From Bacteroidales bacterium (GTDB taxonomy: Bacteria > Bacteroidota > Bacteroidia > Bacteroidales > WCHB1-69): 64,000 bases of DNA. The notes beneath the pieces are model-generated. The model searched no databases. It was not told where the DNA came from and was given only the letters and a program-made list of their open reading frames with translations. The position numbers and the translations under genes are program-made. Location: assembly GCA_024400635.1 (NCBI GenBank), contig JAKSMI010000001.1, positions 193,534 through 257,533 on the forward strand, given 5' to 3'. Position 1 is the stretch's first letter, and each line of letters begins with the position of its first letter. Below are positions 20,480-29,870 of the stretch, piece by piece.

Positions 20480-20487
20480 TATTTTTG
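20480..20487 (+). promoter_or_regulatory. -7 box TATTTTTG upstream of the adenosyltransferase gene
   Basis: Consensus TAnnTTTG about 97 nt upstream of the ATG at 20585. Confidence 0.4.
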
Positions 20488-20584
20488 CCAGTTATCAACA
20501 GCGCGATGTTGATTTCTTTCAGAGAAAAGAGCATACACACGGCGCTGATTTTCAGTATCATATCATCGATTAAACAAATCAACA

Positions 20585-21196
20585 ATGGCAAAAATCTACA
20601 CAAAAACCGGCGACAATGGAACAACATCCTTAGTGGGTGGCAAACGCATCAAAAAATACGATATAGTATTGGATGCTTACGGAACTATCGATGAATTGAA
20701 TTCTCATATTGGATTAGTTATTGCAGCCAACGATTACGCATCAGCAACAAACGATTTCAACAATTCCTCTGAAATCTCGCAGCTTATTGCCTACAGCCAT
20801 AGCATCCTGACAGAAATACAAACTTGCCTATTTGTCATTGGCGGGATGCTGGCTACTCCCGTTGAACATTGGGACGAATACTGGTCAAAAGACTGCAATC
20901 TCAATCAAATTACCGAATCCTTAGAGAAACAAATAGACCAATTGCAAGAAGAAGTGGGTCCGTTCAAAGGATTCGTACTGCCGCAAGGATCGGAAGTGAT
21001 TGCGCGCCTGCATCTTTGCCGTACGGTATGTCGTCGCGCCGAACGCATTGTATCAAAAATCGCTGACACCAACGAAGCGTACCAAACTATTGCCATTTAT
21101 CTCAACCGCTTATCAGATTTCTTCTATATTTTAGCCTTATATCAGCATAAAATCACAGAGAAAGAAATCGTCTACTGGAACTCAGGGAGAAGATAA
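20585..21196 (+). CDS. ATP:cob(I)alamin adenosyltransferase, PduO type
   Basis: N-terminal IYTKTGDNGTTSL motif and DELNSHIGL. Helical-bundle-sized protein. Confidence 0.85.
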   Translation: MAKIYTKTGDNGTTSLVGGKRIKKYDIVLDAYGTIDELNSHIGLVIAANDYASATNDFNNSSEISQLIAYSHSILTEIQTCLFVIGGMLATPVEHWDEYWSKDCNLNQITESLEKQIDQLQEEVGPFKGFVLPQGSEVIARLHLCRTVCRRAERIVSKIADTNEAYQTIAIYLNRLSDFFYILALYQHKITEKEIVYWNSGRR

Positions 21197-21242
21197 AAGG
21201 CTAAGTTCAACAATTCAACAACTAAACATTCAACAATTTTTG

Positions 21243-21250
21243 TATCTTTG
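21243..21250 (+). promoter_or_regulatory. -7 box TATCTTTG upstream of the ferritin gene
   Basis: TAnnTTTG match about 63 nt upstream of the start at 21313. Confidence 0.4.
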
Positions 21251-21312
21251 CAAATTGATTAATTCAAAAAAATCAGATAAAAAAACAAACTATTAACTAA
21301 AAAAATAACGCT

Positions 21313-21798
21313 ATGATTAGTAAAAAAATGCAAGAGGCTATCAATACCCAAATCAATGCCGAAATGTGGTCAGCATATTTATATTTAGCCATGTCAATGG
21401 ATGCCTCCGATAAAGGTTTCAAAGGTGTTGCGCACTGGTATCGCAAACAATACGAGGAAGAAATGGAACACGCTTTCAAATTTGTGAAATATTTGGAAGA
21501 GCAAATGGCCCGCGTTGAATTGAAGCCTATTGATGCTGTTCAAACTTCTTGGAAAAATGTTGCAGAAATGTTCGACCAGACATTGGCTCACGAGAAAAAA
21601 GTGACGGCTATGATCAACAAATTGTATGCATTAGCTGAAAAAGAAAAAGATTATGCTACTTCCATTATGTTGCAATGGTTTATTTCAGAGCAAGTTGAAG
21701 AAGAAGCTAATGCTCAAGAACTTATTGACACCATCAAATGCGTTGGTACTGACAAGGCAGCTTTCTTTATGTTTGACAAACAATTATCAGCAAGATAA
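21313..21798 (+). CDS. Non-haem ferritin
   Basis: Ferritin-like four-helix pattern: NAEMWSAYLYLAMS, YEEEMEHAFK, QWFISEQVEEE. Confidence 0.85.
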   Translation: MISKKMQEAINTQINAEMWSAYLYLAMSMDASDKGFKGVAHWYRKQYEEEMEHAFKFVKYLEEQMARVELKPIDAVQTSWKNVAEMFDQTLAHEKKVTAMINKLYALAEKEKDYATSIMLQWFISEQVEEEANAQELIDTIKCVGTDKAAFFMFDKQLSAR

Positions 21799-21860
21799 AC
21801 CTATTGATTAATAACAAATTACCACTCTAGACCAATGGTAATTTTCTTCTTGAATTATCG

Positions 21861-21888
21861 CAAACTGACGGCATCTGCCGTCAGTTTG
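21861..21888 (+). terminator. Hairpin terminator after the ferritin gene
   Basis: Near-perfect inverted repeat CAAACTGACGGCA / TGCCGTCAGTTTG. Confidence 0.55.
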
Positions 21889-21925
21889 TAAGATTTAAAA
21901 GAGCATAGGCAAAGCTTAAAAGCCA

Positions 21926-23878
21926 ATGAAAAAACTGTTGAAAAATATTGCGGTTGTCCTATTTGGAAAATCTTCGTCCCGATCATTCCCCAGAGGGCTG
22001 ATTTTTCTTTTCGACTGCCTCATTGTTCTTTTTTCATATCTATTGGTAATGGCCATTCAATGGTATGCTCTGCCAGACTCTATGACAATGACTGTCATTT
22101 TTCAACACTTTCTATGCGTTCTGTCTGCTTTTGCCATCTCCTTTTTAATCACCAAATCACACATCGGGCTTCTTCGATATGCTGGATTTCGCGACATCAT
22201 CCGCATTTCCACAACTTGTCTACTGGCTCTGATAATTCTATTCATTGGCAAATTCATTGTCACTCAAATCGACACGTCGGCACTTTCATTCTTCCCTTCG
22301 TACTACAAACTATTCGCCATCACTTTCGTAACCCTTGTGATGCTTACGCTATCAAGATTGATTATCCGACGAATCTACAATGAATATTTCCGCATCCATT
22401 TGCAACCCGTCAATGCCATCATATACGGTGCTGGCGATGCTGGCCCCATCACCCTCAATGCCCTCGGCCAAGATACTTCCTGCCAATACACCGTCATTTC
22501 TTTCATTGATGACTCCAAACAGAAAATCGGAAAATCCATCAACGGCATTAAAATTCGCAGTTCCGAAGAAGTGCTCAACCACAATTTTATCGACAAATAC
22601 AAAATCACCACGATGATTGTGGCCATTCCAAGTCTTTCCAAAAGCCAGCGACAAGTCCTCATTAACCGCGGTTTGGATTTGGGATTAAATGTCAAATCTG
22701 TTCCACACGTCAGCACTTGGATTAACAATTCCTTGACTTCTAGCCAGATAGAAAATATTAAAATTGAAGATTTATTAGGTCGTGATGCTATCATCCTTGG
22801 GCAAGATGACGTAAAACACGAAGTGGCTGATAAAGTCGTCATGGTTAGTGGAGCGGCTGGCTCCATCGGTAGCGAAATTTGCCGCCAACTCATACACTAC
22901 AAACCATCTCACTTGATAATGATTGACCAGGCCGAATCGCCGATGTACGATCTCGAATTCGAACTGACTCACGAACAGCCCTTTGCTTCTATGAATGTCC
23001 CCTTGGATTTCATTGTAGCCAACGTTAAAGATTTTGGCCGAATGAACGAAGTGTTTGCCAAATTCAAACCTCAATACGTCTTCCATGCTGCCGCCTACAA
23101 ACATGTGCCACTGATGGAAAAATTTCCCTACGAAGCCGTTCTCGTCAATGTCTTTGGCACCAAAAACATGGCCGACCTCTCCATTAAATATGGCGTCGAA
23201 AAATTCGTGATGATTTCTACGGATAAGGCTGTCAATCCAACCAATGTCATGGGCGCAACCAAGCGCATCGCCGAAATTTACACCCAAAGCCGTAAGACCG
23301 GCACCACTAAGTTCATCACCACAAGGTTCGGCAACGTTCTGGGCTCCAACGGATCCGTCATTCCTCTTTTCAAAAAACAATTGGCAAAAGGTGGACCGCT
23401 GACCGTTACCGACAAAAATATCATCCGCTATTTCATGACGATCCCTGAAGCTTGCAGTTTAGTCCTAAAGGCTGCTACCATGGGCGACGACGGCAACATC
23501 TTCGTTTTCGACATGGGCGAACCTGTCAAAATCTATGACCTCGCACAAAAAATGATCCAGCTGGCAAAAATGCCCAACGTTCAAATCGAAATCACAGGTC
23601 TCCGGCCTGGGGAAAAACTCTATGAGGAATTGCTCGCCACTAAGGAAAATACCATCCCCACGGTAGAACCTAAAATCATGCGCGCAAAGGTCCGAGAATA
23701 CGAAACTCCTGAAGTGGATGCCCAAATCGACGACCTCTTTCAAGCACTAATTTCTTTTGACAAATTCAAAATCGTGAAAAAAATGAAAGAAATAGTCCCG
23801 GAATTTGTCAGCAACAACTCCGATTTCACCATTTTAGACCATCAAGATGATGAATTCACAAGGAAAACAGATCTCTAA
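21926..23878 (+). CDS. Membrane-bound polysaccharide biosynthesis protein, CapD/WbpM/PglF-type nucleotide-sugar 4,6-dehydratase
   Basis: Four N-terminal TM helices. Rossmann motif VSGAAGSIGSEI. AAYKHVPLME catalytic region. Confidence 0.85.
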   Translation: MKKLLKNIAVVLFGKSSSRSFPRGLIFLFDCLIVLFSYLLVMAIQWYALPDSMTMTVIFQHFLCVLSAFAISFLITKSHIGLLRYAGFRDIIRISTTCLLALIILFIGKFIVTQIDTSALSFFPSYYKLFAITFVTLVMLTLSRLIIRRIYNEYFRIHLQPVNAIIYGAGDAGPITLNALGQDTSCQYTVISFIDDSKQKIGKSINGIKIRSSEEVLNHNFIDKYKITTMIVAIPSLSKSQRQVLINRGLDLGLNVKSVPHVSTWINNSLTSSQIENIKIEDLLGRDAIILGQDDVKHEVADKVVMVSGAAGSIGSEICRQLIHYKPSHLIMIDQAESPMYDLEFELTHEQPFASMNVPLDFIVANVKDFGRMNEVFAKFKPQYVFHAAAYKHVPLMEKFPYEAVLVNVFGTKNMADLSIKYGVEKFVMISTDKAVNPTNVMGATKRIAEIYTQSRKTGTTKFITTRFGNVLGSNGSVIPLFKKQLAKGGPLTVTDKNIIRYFMTIPEACSLVLKAATMGDDGNIFVFDMGEPVKIYDLAQKMIQLAKMPNVQIEITGLRPGEKLYEELLATKENTIPTVEPKIMRAKVREYETPEVDAQIDDLFQALISFDKFKIVKKMKEIVPEFVSNNSDFTILDHQDDEFTRKTDL

Positions 23879-23897
23879 ATCATTTTTATAGATAATA

Positions 23898-24755
23898 ATG
23901 AACAATATAGAAAAAACGAACGACGCAAATCCTAAAGAATATCACGGTGTTCAATACCTGCTGAAACTAGCTTGGCAATTGAAATATTGGATTTTACTTT
24001 CCGTTGCCATTCTATTAGTCGCTGCTTTTGTCATTTTAAAAAACATCACGACGCAATATGAACGTCAGTTGGCACTCCGCATCGAACCTCAACAAACCCT
24101 TTGCGAACAAGATACTTGTGCCCACGATGTTCTGCTTTCGCAAATTTCGCTTCGCGATGAAACCGAACCTATTCGCACACAACTACGAAGCTCTAGTCTG
24201 TTGGATTCCGCCGAAATTCACTCCCAGCTTGAAAACCAATTGTCCTTGGAAAGAAAAACGCTATCAGCATCAAGTCTGTCGAAAAGTTCTTACATCATCT
24301 ACCTAAAATGTAAAACTGAAAATCCAAAAAACGCCGACGCCTTTTTGATGGCATTAGCCGAAAGCTATAATCAATATACCATCCAACAGCAAAAAAAACG
24401 TTTGGAAGCAATGATTTCCAATTGCGACAACATGATTAATCTTCTCGTTCAGAATTCTGTTCTTCCCTTGGATTCTCTCAATGATGTTCAAGCATTCATC
24501 TATTCAAAAATTAAAAATGATGATTTGAGTACTTCATTAATCAAAGAATTAGAAAACAGAAAAGTTGAATATTATGCTGAATATCTCCAAATTTCTCCCA
24601 TGTTGAGCATTGTGGATGTTCCTCTTAATTCAGACGTTCCCGTTTACCCTAAATCCAAGTTCTTTTATCTTTTGGCGGCATTGCTGGGAATATTCATCCC
24701 CCTCTTCATTGCCGAAATCGTCTATTCACGAAAAAACCGTAATTTTGCTGACTAA
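23898..24755 (+). CDS. Hypothetical protein with Wzz/PCP-like topology (N- and C-terminal TM helices)
   Basis: The call rests on topology only. One TM helix is near the N-terminus (YWILLSVAILLVAAFVIL). One is at the extreme C-terminus (FFYLLAALLGIFIPLFIAEIV). A coiled-coil-like middle lies between them. Confidence 0.35.
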   Translation: MNNIEKTNDANPKEYHGVQYLLKLAWQLKYWILLSVAILLVAAFVILKNITTQYERQLALRIEPQQTLCEQDTCAHDVLLSQISLRDETEPIRTQLRSSSLLDSAEIHSQLENQLSLERKTLSASSLSKSSYIIYLKCKTENPKNADAFLMALAESYNQYTIQQQKKRLEAMISNCDNMINLLVQNSVLPLDSLNDVQAFIYSKIKNDDLSTSLIKELENRKVEYYAEYLQISPMLSIVDVPLNSDVPVYPKSKFFYLLAALLGIFIPLFIAEIVYSRKNRNFAD

Positions 24756-24765
24756 ATTTTCAACC

Positions 24766-25497
24766 ATGTGGAGTTTGTATTTAAAAGAAATAAAATCGTT
24801 TTTAAGTTCGGTGCTGGGGTATGTCTTCATCGCCGTTTTTTTGGTTGTTGCCGGACTTTTTCTCTGGGTCTTTCCAAACATCAACAACGTCATTTTCGCA
24901 GGACTTTCTGATATTCAAGGATTGTTCAACGTCGCCGAATTTCTCTTCATCTTTCTCGTGCCAGCCATCACAATGCGTTCGTTTGCTGAAGAAAAGAAAA
25001 GTGGTACATTGGAATTGCTTTTCACCAAACCGCTGACCGACAATCAGATTATTGGAGCAAAATTCCTGGCATGCCTAACATTGCTGGTCATCACGCTACT
25101 ACCGACTTTAGTTTATGTCATCAGCGTTTATATTTTGGGCAACCCTGTCGGCAATATTGATATGGGTAGCACATGGGGGTCTTACCTCGGCTTGGTCTTG
25201 CTGGGTTCGGCGTTCATCTCCATCGGACTTTTCTCTTCTTCACTCACCAACAACCAAATCGTTGCTTTCATCATCGCGGCCTTGCTCTGCTTCATTATGT
25301 TCTTCGCCTTCGATTTCATCTACTCTTTCGATGCTTTAGGCAACTTCGGATACTTCATCAAAACACTGGGCATCGCCGACCACTACAGCTCCATAAGCAA
25401 AGGCGTCGTCGATAGCCGCGACCTCATTTATTTCTTGAGCGTCATCTTCATTTTCCTGTTTGGAACCCGCATCGTCTTACTCAGTAGAAAATGGTAA
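24766..25497 (+). CDS. gldF: Gliding-motility-associated ABC transporter permease
   Basis: MWSLYLKEIKSFLSSVLGYVFIAVFLV... and PAITMRSFAEEKKSGTLELLFTKPL match the GldF / ABC-2 permease pattern. The start was moved to the ATG at 24766, 10 nt after the upstream stop. Confidence 0.8.
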   Translation: MWSLYLKEIKSFLSSVLGYVFIAVFLVVAGLFLWVFPNINNVIFAGLSDIQGLFNVAEFLFIFLVPAITMRSFAEEKKSGTLELLFTKPLTDNQIIGAKFLACLTLLVITLLPTLVYVISVYILGNPVGNIDMGSTWGSYLGLVLLGSAFISIGLFSSSLTNNQIVAFIIAALLCFIMFFAFDFIYSFDALGNFGYFIKTLGIADHYSSISKGVVDSRDLIYFLSVIFIFLFGTRIVLLSRKW

Positions 25498-25507
25498 ATT
25501 TAGAACT

Positions 25508-27265
25508 ATGGAAAAATCTATTAATAACAGTCAACGATTCAAACGTACCACCATCTCAGGGCTGATTATCGCCTTCGTCATCTTGGTGGTTGTCAATATC
25601 TTATCCTCTTTTTTGTTTTTCCGTATCGATTTGACGAAAGACAAACGATTGTCTCTTTCTCCCACAACCATCCAAATGCTGAAAAATCTGGATGATAAGG
25701 TCTACATCAGGGTTTATCTCGAAGGCGACAACTATCCCGCTGATTATCAGTTATTCAGAGAAAAGACAAAAGATATTCTTCAAGAATTCAGAAGTTATTC
25801 CAAGAATGTTTATTTCGAATTCATTGATCCTGTAAAAGATAAAACACAAGAAGAAATCAATGGTATTTATGGTGAATTCCATAAAAAAGGTCTTAAGCCA
25901 ATTCCCATCACCAAGGAAGAAGCAACAGGTTATTCCACCCGTTTCATTATTCCTGGTGCAATGATTTCTTACCGTGCCAACGAATTGCCCGCGACCTTAA
26001 TCGTTGAAGATCCTACTGGATACAACTCGCTTGAATACTCTATCCAAGAATTGGAATACAACCTTGTTTCCACCATTCGCAAACTGATGACCAACAGCAA
26101 ACCCAAAGTGGCTTTTCTCGATGGTCACGGTGAAATGGACTTCTACGCCACTTCATGGATGGCATGGCAACTGCAACGCTTTTACAACGTGGATCGAATC
26201 AGAATCAATGGCCGCGTTAATGCACTGAATGACATTGCCATTGAAGATTCCACTACCCAATCGCTTAAAGTTCTCGGAAACAAATATGATGTACTCATCG
26301 TTGCTCAACCTACGGGGGCTTTCCCCGATGCTGACAAATACGTCATCGACCAATTTTTGATGAAAGGAGGCCGCATATTGTGGCTTATCGATGCAACTGA
26401 CGCATCTGCCGACAGTCTGCAAAACTCTCCTGAATTTTTCGCCACTCCACGCAATCTTCGCCTCACCGACATGTTCTTCAGCTATGGTATTCGCCTAAAT
26501 CCCAACCTTATACAAGATCTTAGCTGTCAACAAATTCCTATCGGCGTTGGCACAATTGGCAACCAACAACAGTATAAATTCATGAATTTCCCCTACTGCC
26601 TGAAGGTTGTGAATTTCAGCGACCATCCTATCGTTCGAAACATCAAAGAAATCAAATCCGATTTCGCAGGAACCATTGACTTTGTCGGCAAAGACAATAA
26701 TCTGACAAAGACCGTCCTTATGACGACATCAGAACGCACAAAATTGGTACCCGCACCCGCTATCGTCACCGTTAATGTCGGCTTGGCAACCCCCAATATG
26801 CAGGAATACGCCTTCAAATATTTACCTATTGCCGCATTAGTCGAAGGCACTTTTGAATCCGCATTCAACGGCATACTACCCATCGAGTTTGACACCATGC
26901 AAAGTCTTGGCTTCAAGGCTCAAAGCGAACCCACCCGCCAAATTTTCGTTGCAGACGGCGATATCATCCGCAACTTTATCGACCGCCAACACAACCAACC
27001 CTACCCCACTGGCTACGACATCTACACGGGCACAATGTACGACAACACCAATTTTCTCCTCAACTGCGTCAATTACCTCTGCGATGATGACGACCTCCTG
27101 CAAATCCGCTCCAAAAACTTCAAAATCGGCTCGCTTGACCCCGTCAAAATTCGCAACCACAAACAGTTGATTTCAGCACTCAACATCGTCATTCCATTGG
27201 CTTTGGTTCTGATTTTGGGTATCATCTTAATCATCATTCGTAAAATAAAATTCAGCAAAAAATAA
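25508..27265 (+). CDS. gldG: Gliding-associated ABC transporter auxiliary component
   Basis: N-terminal anchor followed by FFRIDLTKDKRLSLS. A C-terminal TM helix is present. About 585 aa, immediately after gldF. The start was set to the ATG at 25508. Confidence 0.8.
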   Translation: MEKSINNSQRFKRTTISGLIIAFVILVVVNILSSFLFFRIDLTKDKRLSLSPTTIQMLKNLDDKVYIRVYLEGDNYPADYQLFREKTKDILQEFRSYSKNVYFEFIDPVKDKTQEEINGIYGEFHKKGLKPIPITKEEATGYSTRFIIPGAMISYRANELPATLIVEDPTGYNSLEYSIQELEYNLVSTIRKLMTNSKPKVAFLDGHGEMDFYATSWMAWQLQRFYNVDRIRINGRVNALNDIAIEDSTTQSLKVLGNKYDVLIVAQPTGAFPDADKYVIDQFLMKGGRILWLIDATDASADSLQNSPEFFATPRNLRLTDMFFSYGIRLNPNLIQDLSCQQIPIGVGTIGNQQQYKFMNFPYCLKVVNFSDHPIVRNIKEIKSDFAGTIDFVGKDNNLTKTVLMTTSERTKLVPAPAIVTVNVGLATPNMQEYAFKYLPIAALVEGTFESAFNGILPIEFDTMQSLGFKAQSEPTRQIFVADGDIIRNFIDRQHNQPYPTGYDIYTGTMYDNTNFLLNCVNYLCDDDDLLQIRSKNFKIGSLDPVKIRNHKQLISALNIVIPLALVLILGIILIIIRKIKFSKK

Positions 27266-27269
27266 AGCT

Positions 27270-28280
27270 GTGTCCTCGTTGATAAAAGATATTTTACAAC
27301 ATCATAGCGTATCGTTTGTCGGTATGGAAAAGAACACTGGCAAAACGGAGTGTATGAACTATGTGTTGAAAAAACTCTACAACAGCAACAAAAAAATCGC
27401 CATCACATCCATCGGCATCGACGGCGAACGTGTAGACCAAGTGACAGATACTCCAAAACCGGAAATCGAGTTGGCGAAAGGGACGATTTTCGTCACTTCA
27501 GAAAAACATTTCAAAGAGAAAAGTCCCACTTCTGATATCCTTAACGTTTCCAACTTCAGCACTTCCCTTGGACGGCTGGTCACGGCTGAAGCACTGCAAA
27601 ATGGCAAAGCCATCATTTCAGGACCTGGAACTACTGGCAGGCTGAAAGAGATATTAGAAGAAATGCCACGCTATGGCGTGGATATCACTTTAGTCGATGG
27701 CGCTTTATCCCGTAAAAGTTTCGGCTCGCCAACGGTCAGCGAGTGTCTGATTCTCAGCACTGGCGCCGCCTTGTCCCCTCACCTTCCTGAACTTATCCGT
27801 AAAACACAATTCACCTGCCGACTCATCCATCTGGATGCTTGCGACAATAAATATCAAAGTCAACTGGCAGACATTGATACCGGTCTTTGGGCTTGCGACT
27901 TCAATGGACAATGGCATAATCTGGATATTCCATCGACTCTGCTACTCGACAAATATAAAGACAAACTTTTCCCCTACGGCAATATTTTTTTCGTGGCCGG
28001 AATTGTAACTGACAAAATTCTCGACTTTTTGCGAATGCAGAAGAACATTGAAAGCACAATAGTTATTGTCAAGGATTTTAGCAAAATATTCACCAGTATG
28101 GAGTCCTTCAACGCTTTTACCCAAAAAGGCGGAAAATTACAAGTACTTTACCCTGCCCACCTATTGGCTGTCAGCGTTAATCCGACATCTCCATCTGGTT
28201 ATACTATCCCCTCCGACCTACTCTGCGAGAAAATGTCTGAAGCTCTACAACTGCCGGTTTATGATGTTAGGAAACTCTGA
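27270..28280 (+). CDS. Uncharacterised protein with an N-terminal P-loop-like motif (GTG start)
   Basis: GMEKNTGKTE Walker-A-like motif at residues 18-27. I saw no ABC signature and no other recognisable motif. It starts 4 nt after the gldG stop. Confidence 0.4.
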   Translation: MSSLIKDILQHHSVSFVGMEKNTGKTECMNYVLKKLYNSNKKIAITSIGIDGERVDQVTDTPKPEIELAKGTIFVTSEKHFKEKSPTSDILNVSNFSTSLGRLVTAEALQNGKAIISGPGTTGRLKEILEEMPRYGVDITLVDGALSRKSFGSPTVSECLILSTGAALSPHLPELIRKTQFTCRLIHLDACDNKYQSQLADIDTGLWACDFNGQWHNLDIPSTLLLDKYKDKLFPYGNIFFVAGIVTDKILDFLRMQKNIESTIVIVKDFSKIFTSMESFNAFTQKGGKLQVLYPAHLLAVSVNPTSPSGYTIPSDLLCEKMSEALQLPVYDVRKL

Positions 28281-28332
28281 AAATTTAATTTCAGTTTCCT
28301 ATTCTTGGTTCCCAACTCTCAGTATTTTTTAG

Positions 28333-28340
28333 TATTTTTG
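28333..28340 (+). promoter_or_regulatory. -7 box TATTTTTG upstream of ahcY
   Basis: Consensus TAnnTTTG 37 nt upstream of the start at 28378. Confidence 0.5.
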
Positions 28341-28377
28341 CCGCTGTATTTATTTTTGAATTTTAAACAGATAAAAA

Positions 28378-29787
28378 ATGACTGATTACGAATTGAAGTA
28401 CAAAGTGGCCGATATGAAATTGGCCGATTGGGGACGCAAAGACATTGATGTTTCCCAAAAAGAAATGCCCGGTTTGATTGCTTTACGCGAAAAATATGGT
28501 GACAGCAAGCCATTGAAAGGTGTTCGAATTATGGGTTCACTACACATGACCATCCAAACCGCTGTTCTCATTGAGACATTGGTTCATCTGGGTGCTGAAG
28601 TTAGATGGTGTAGCTGTAATATTTTCTCGACGCAAGACCATGCAGCCGCTGCCATCGCCGCTACCGGTGTTCCTGTCTTTGCTTGGAAAGGCGAATCCCT
28701 CGAAGAATATTGGTGGTGTACCAACCAAGCACTGTCATTTCCTGGCGGCAAAGGTCCCCAACTCATCGTCGATGACGGTGGTGATGCCACCTTGCTCATT
28801 CATACGGGTTTCAAGGCCGAAGAAGACGCCTCCATACTCGATGCAACGCCATCATCACACGAACAAGCTGTCATTTTCAATACTTTAAAAGAATTATTGA
28901 AAGAAGATCCTCAGCGCTGGCATAAAATGGTAAAAGATATCAAAGGCGTTTCAGAAGAGACAACCACCGGCGTTCATCGTTTGTATCAAATGATGGAACG
29001 CAACGAATTGCTTTTCCCCGCCATCAATGTTAACGACTCGGTTACCAAATCCAAATTCGACAACAAATACGGCTGCCGCGAATCTTTGGCTGATGGCATC
29101 AAACGCGCCACCGACATCATGCTGGCTGGCAAAGTGGTCGTTGTTTGCGGTTATGGCGATGTCGGCAAAGGCTGCGCCCAATCAATGAAATCCTACGGTG
29201 CACGCGTCATCGTGACAGAAGTCGACCCCATCTGCGCTTTGCAAGCTGCCATGGAAGGTTTCGAAGTTAAAACCGTCGAAGATGCTCTTCCCGAAGCTAA
29301 CGTCTTCGTCACTTGCACTGGCAACTGCGATGTCATTACCGTTGACCATCTCAACAAAATGCGCGACCAAGCCATCGTCTGCAACATCGGACACTTCGAC
29401 AACGAAATCCAAGTCTGCGCTTTCGAAAGTCAAAAAGGCATCAGCAAACGTACAATCAAACCTCAAGTTGATGAGTATATCTTTCCAGATGGACATTCAA
29501 TTTTCATCCTTGCCGAAGGTCGCTTAGTAAATTTAGGATGCGCCACCGGACACCCTTCTTTCGTTATGAGCAACTCTTTCACCAACCAGGTGATGGCACA
29601 ACTCGACTTGTGGCAACACGATTACAAAATCGGCGTTTATAATCTGCCCAAACACCTTGACGAAGAAGTGGCTCGCCTGCACCTATCTAAAATCGGCGTG
29701 AAACTCACCCAATTGTCACAAAAACAAGCAGACTATATCGGCGTTCCAGTTGACGGACCATTCAAACCCGATTTGTATAGATACTAA
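28378..29787 (+). CDS. ahcY: Adenosylhomocysteinase
   Basis: Full-length SAH hydrolase-like sequence. NAD-binding [19 protein letters not shown], and C-terminal KPDLYRY. Confidence 0.96.
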   Translation: MTDYELKYKVADMKLADWGRKDIDVSQKEMPGLIALREKYGDSKPLKGVRIMGSLHMTIQTAVLIETLVHLGAEVRWCSCNIFSTQDHAAAAIAATGVPVFAWKGESLEEYWWCTNQALSFPGGKGPQLIVDDGGDATLLIHTGFKAEEDASILDATPSSHEQAVIFNTLKELLKEDPQRWHKMVKDIKGVSEETTTGVHRLYQMMERNELLFPAINVNDSVTKSKFDNKYGCRESLADGIKRATDIMLAGKVVVVCGYGDVGKGCAQSMKSYGARVIVTEVDPICALQAAMEGFEVKTVEDALPEANVFVTCTGNCDVITVDHLNKMRDQAIVCNIGHFDNEIQVCAFESQKGISKRTIKPQVDEYIFPDGHSIFILAEGRLVNLGCATGHPSFVMSNSFTNQVMAQLDLWQHDYKIGVYNLPKHLDEEVARLHLSKIGVKLTQLSQKQADYIGVPVDGPFKPDLYRY

Positions 29788-29814
29788 AATTTCTAAAATC
29801 AATTCTCACTATAA

Positions 29815-29854
29815 AGTAAAAGAGGCTGATTCAAATGAATCAGCCTCTTTTACT
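29815..29854. terminator. Bidirectional hairpin terminator between convergent ahcY and the TPR gene
   Basis: Perfect 18-bp inverted repeat AGTAAAAGAGGCTGATTC / GAATCAGCCTCTTTTACT with a 4-nt loop. Confidence 0.7.
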
Positions 29855-29870
29855 TTAGTCCAAATAACTA

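Noticed and set aside
20386-20584. Possible cobalamin riboswitch in the ~95-nt leader of the PduO-type adenosyltransferase gene
   Set aside because: The leader is too short for a cobalamin aptamer and has no B12-box-like GCCACTG core. Only a 7-bp hairpin (ATCAACA/TGTTGAT) is visible.
24610-24765. Upstream extensions of gldF (24610), gldG (25460), the AsnB-like gene (56078), the nitroreductase (50633) and the DUF4831-like gene (GTG 60554)
   Set aside because: Each extension overlaps the preceding gene and lacks family similarity. The internal ATGs give short positive spacers and sensible N-termini or signal peptides.
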